Under the pieces are notes generated by a model. The model had not been told where the DNA came from. It saw nothing but the letters and a program-made list of their open reading frames with translations, and did no database searches. From Octopus sinensis (taxonomy: Eukaryota), in assembly GCF_006345805.1 (NCBI RefSeq), contig NC_043017.1, positions 33,976,001 to 34,040,000 on the forward strand: a stretch of 64,000 nucleotides of DNA, read 5' to 3'. Below, piece by piece: positions 63,241 to 64,000 of the stretch (positions are counted from its first letter, which is position 1; every line of letters starts with the position of its first letter). A program made the translations under genes and the position numbers.

Positions 63241-64000
63241 CTCTTTGTAAGCCTAGTACTTATTCTATCGGTCTCTTTTGCCGAACCGCTAAGTTACTGG
63301 GACGTAAACATATCAGCATCGATTATCAAGCGATGTTAGGGGGACAAACACAGAGATACATATACACACACATACATACACACACACACATATGTATATA
63401 TATATATATATATACATAGTAATACTAAGTAATTAAGGGCTTAGCAACGATTTGCCTCACCACACACCGAAATTTAGAAATAGCAGTCAAAGAGTTATAG
63501 CTATTCTTTCTACTAAAAGGGAGATCTCAGTAAAACCACAGCACTTGAAAGGCAACACAAAAAGAAGTTTGCCTGTCTGTGTTTGCCTTTCAAGTGCTGT
63601 GGTTTTACTGAGATCTCCCTTTTAGTAGAAAGAATAGCTATAACTCTTTGACTGCTATTTCTAAATTTCGGAGTGTGGTGAGGCAAATCGTTGCTAAACC
63701 CTTAATTACTTAGTATTACTTAAACTTTCCTCGAATGAGGCTTTTACATGCCGAAATCTACTTGGTGAAATTAATGATTATTCCAAATTAATTAATTTCA
63801 CCCTATATTATTACTGATAACTATATATATACATATATATATACATATATACCATGGACTTCTTTCAGTTTCCGTTTACCAAATCCACTCACAAGGCTTT
63901 GGTCGGCCCGAGACTATAGTAGAAGACATTTGCCCAAGGTGCCACGCAGTTAGACTGAACCCGGAACTATGTGGTTGGTAAGCAAGCTACTTACCACACA
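63241..64000 (-). mobile_element. SINE family A split at its internal microsatellite by an insertion (63418-63820)
   Basis: The 3' part is at 63241-63415 and the 5' part at 63851-64000 (running off the window), both on the minus strand and colinear. Confidence 0.85.
63418..63820. mobile_element. Fold-back element: ~140-bp near-perfect hairpin plus terminal module
   Basis: 63418-63559 is the reverse complement of 63577-63720 (two substitutions, ~2 indels). It shares TTTAGAAATAGCAG and CTACTTGGTGAAATTAAT modules with 3341-3613. Confidence 0.85.

Noticed and set aside
63725-63765. GAATGA GGC TTTTACAT GCC GAAA hammerhead-like stretch
   Set aside because: Core positions 3-5 are wrong and no stem I or stem III can be drawn; at best a dead remnant.

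Overview
This is AT-rich, microsatellite-dense eukaryotic DNA. I can support no intact protein-coding gene, tRNA or rRNA, and almost every listed ORF is a microsatellite or repeat artefact. The repeat content looks like coleoid cephalopod (octopus-type) intergenic or intronic sequence; that is an inference, not a database result. Content: (1) about 30 tRNA-derived SINE copies in at least four families, labelled here A, B/B', C and D; (2) decayed transposons: mariner DD34D, a maT/DD37D-like element, a Mutator-type MITE with 9-bp TSD, Helitron-type non-autonomous elements, R4/Dong-like, CR1 and L1/Tx1 LINE fragments; (3) Penelope-like element (PLE) ends, mostly abutting (TA)n tracts. Two observations stand out. 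First, SINE B forms 'one head + n x 184-bp body' multimers at three separate loci (n=3, 6, 13). All share one non-homologous junction, AAAGAAATA|GGTATTTCG, which suggests rolling-circle or template-jump reverse transcription of a circular or pseudo-circular SINE RNA. Second, four loci carry minimal type I hammerhead-ribozyme folds with non-canonical cores: CCGANGA at three loci and UUGAAAA at one. One of these lies in both arms of a ~2.7-kb inverted-repeat structure.
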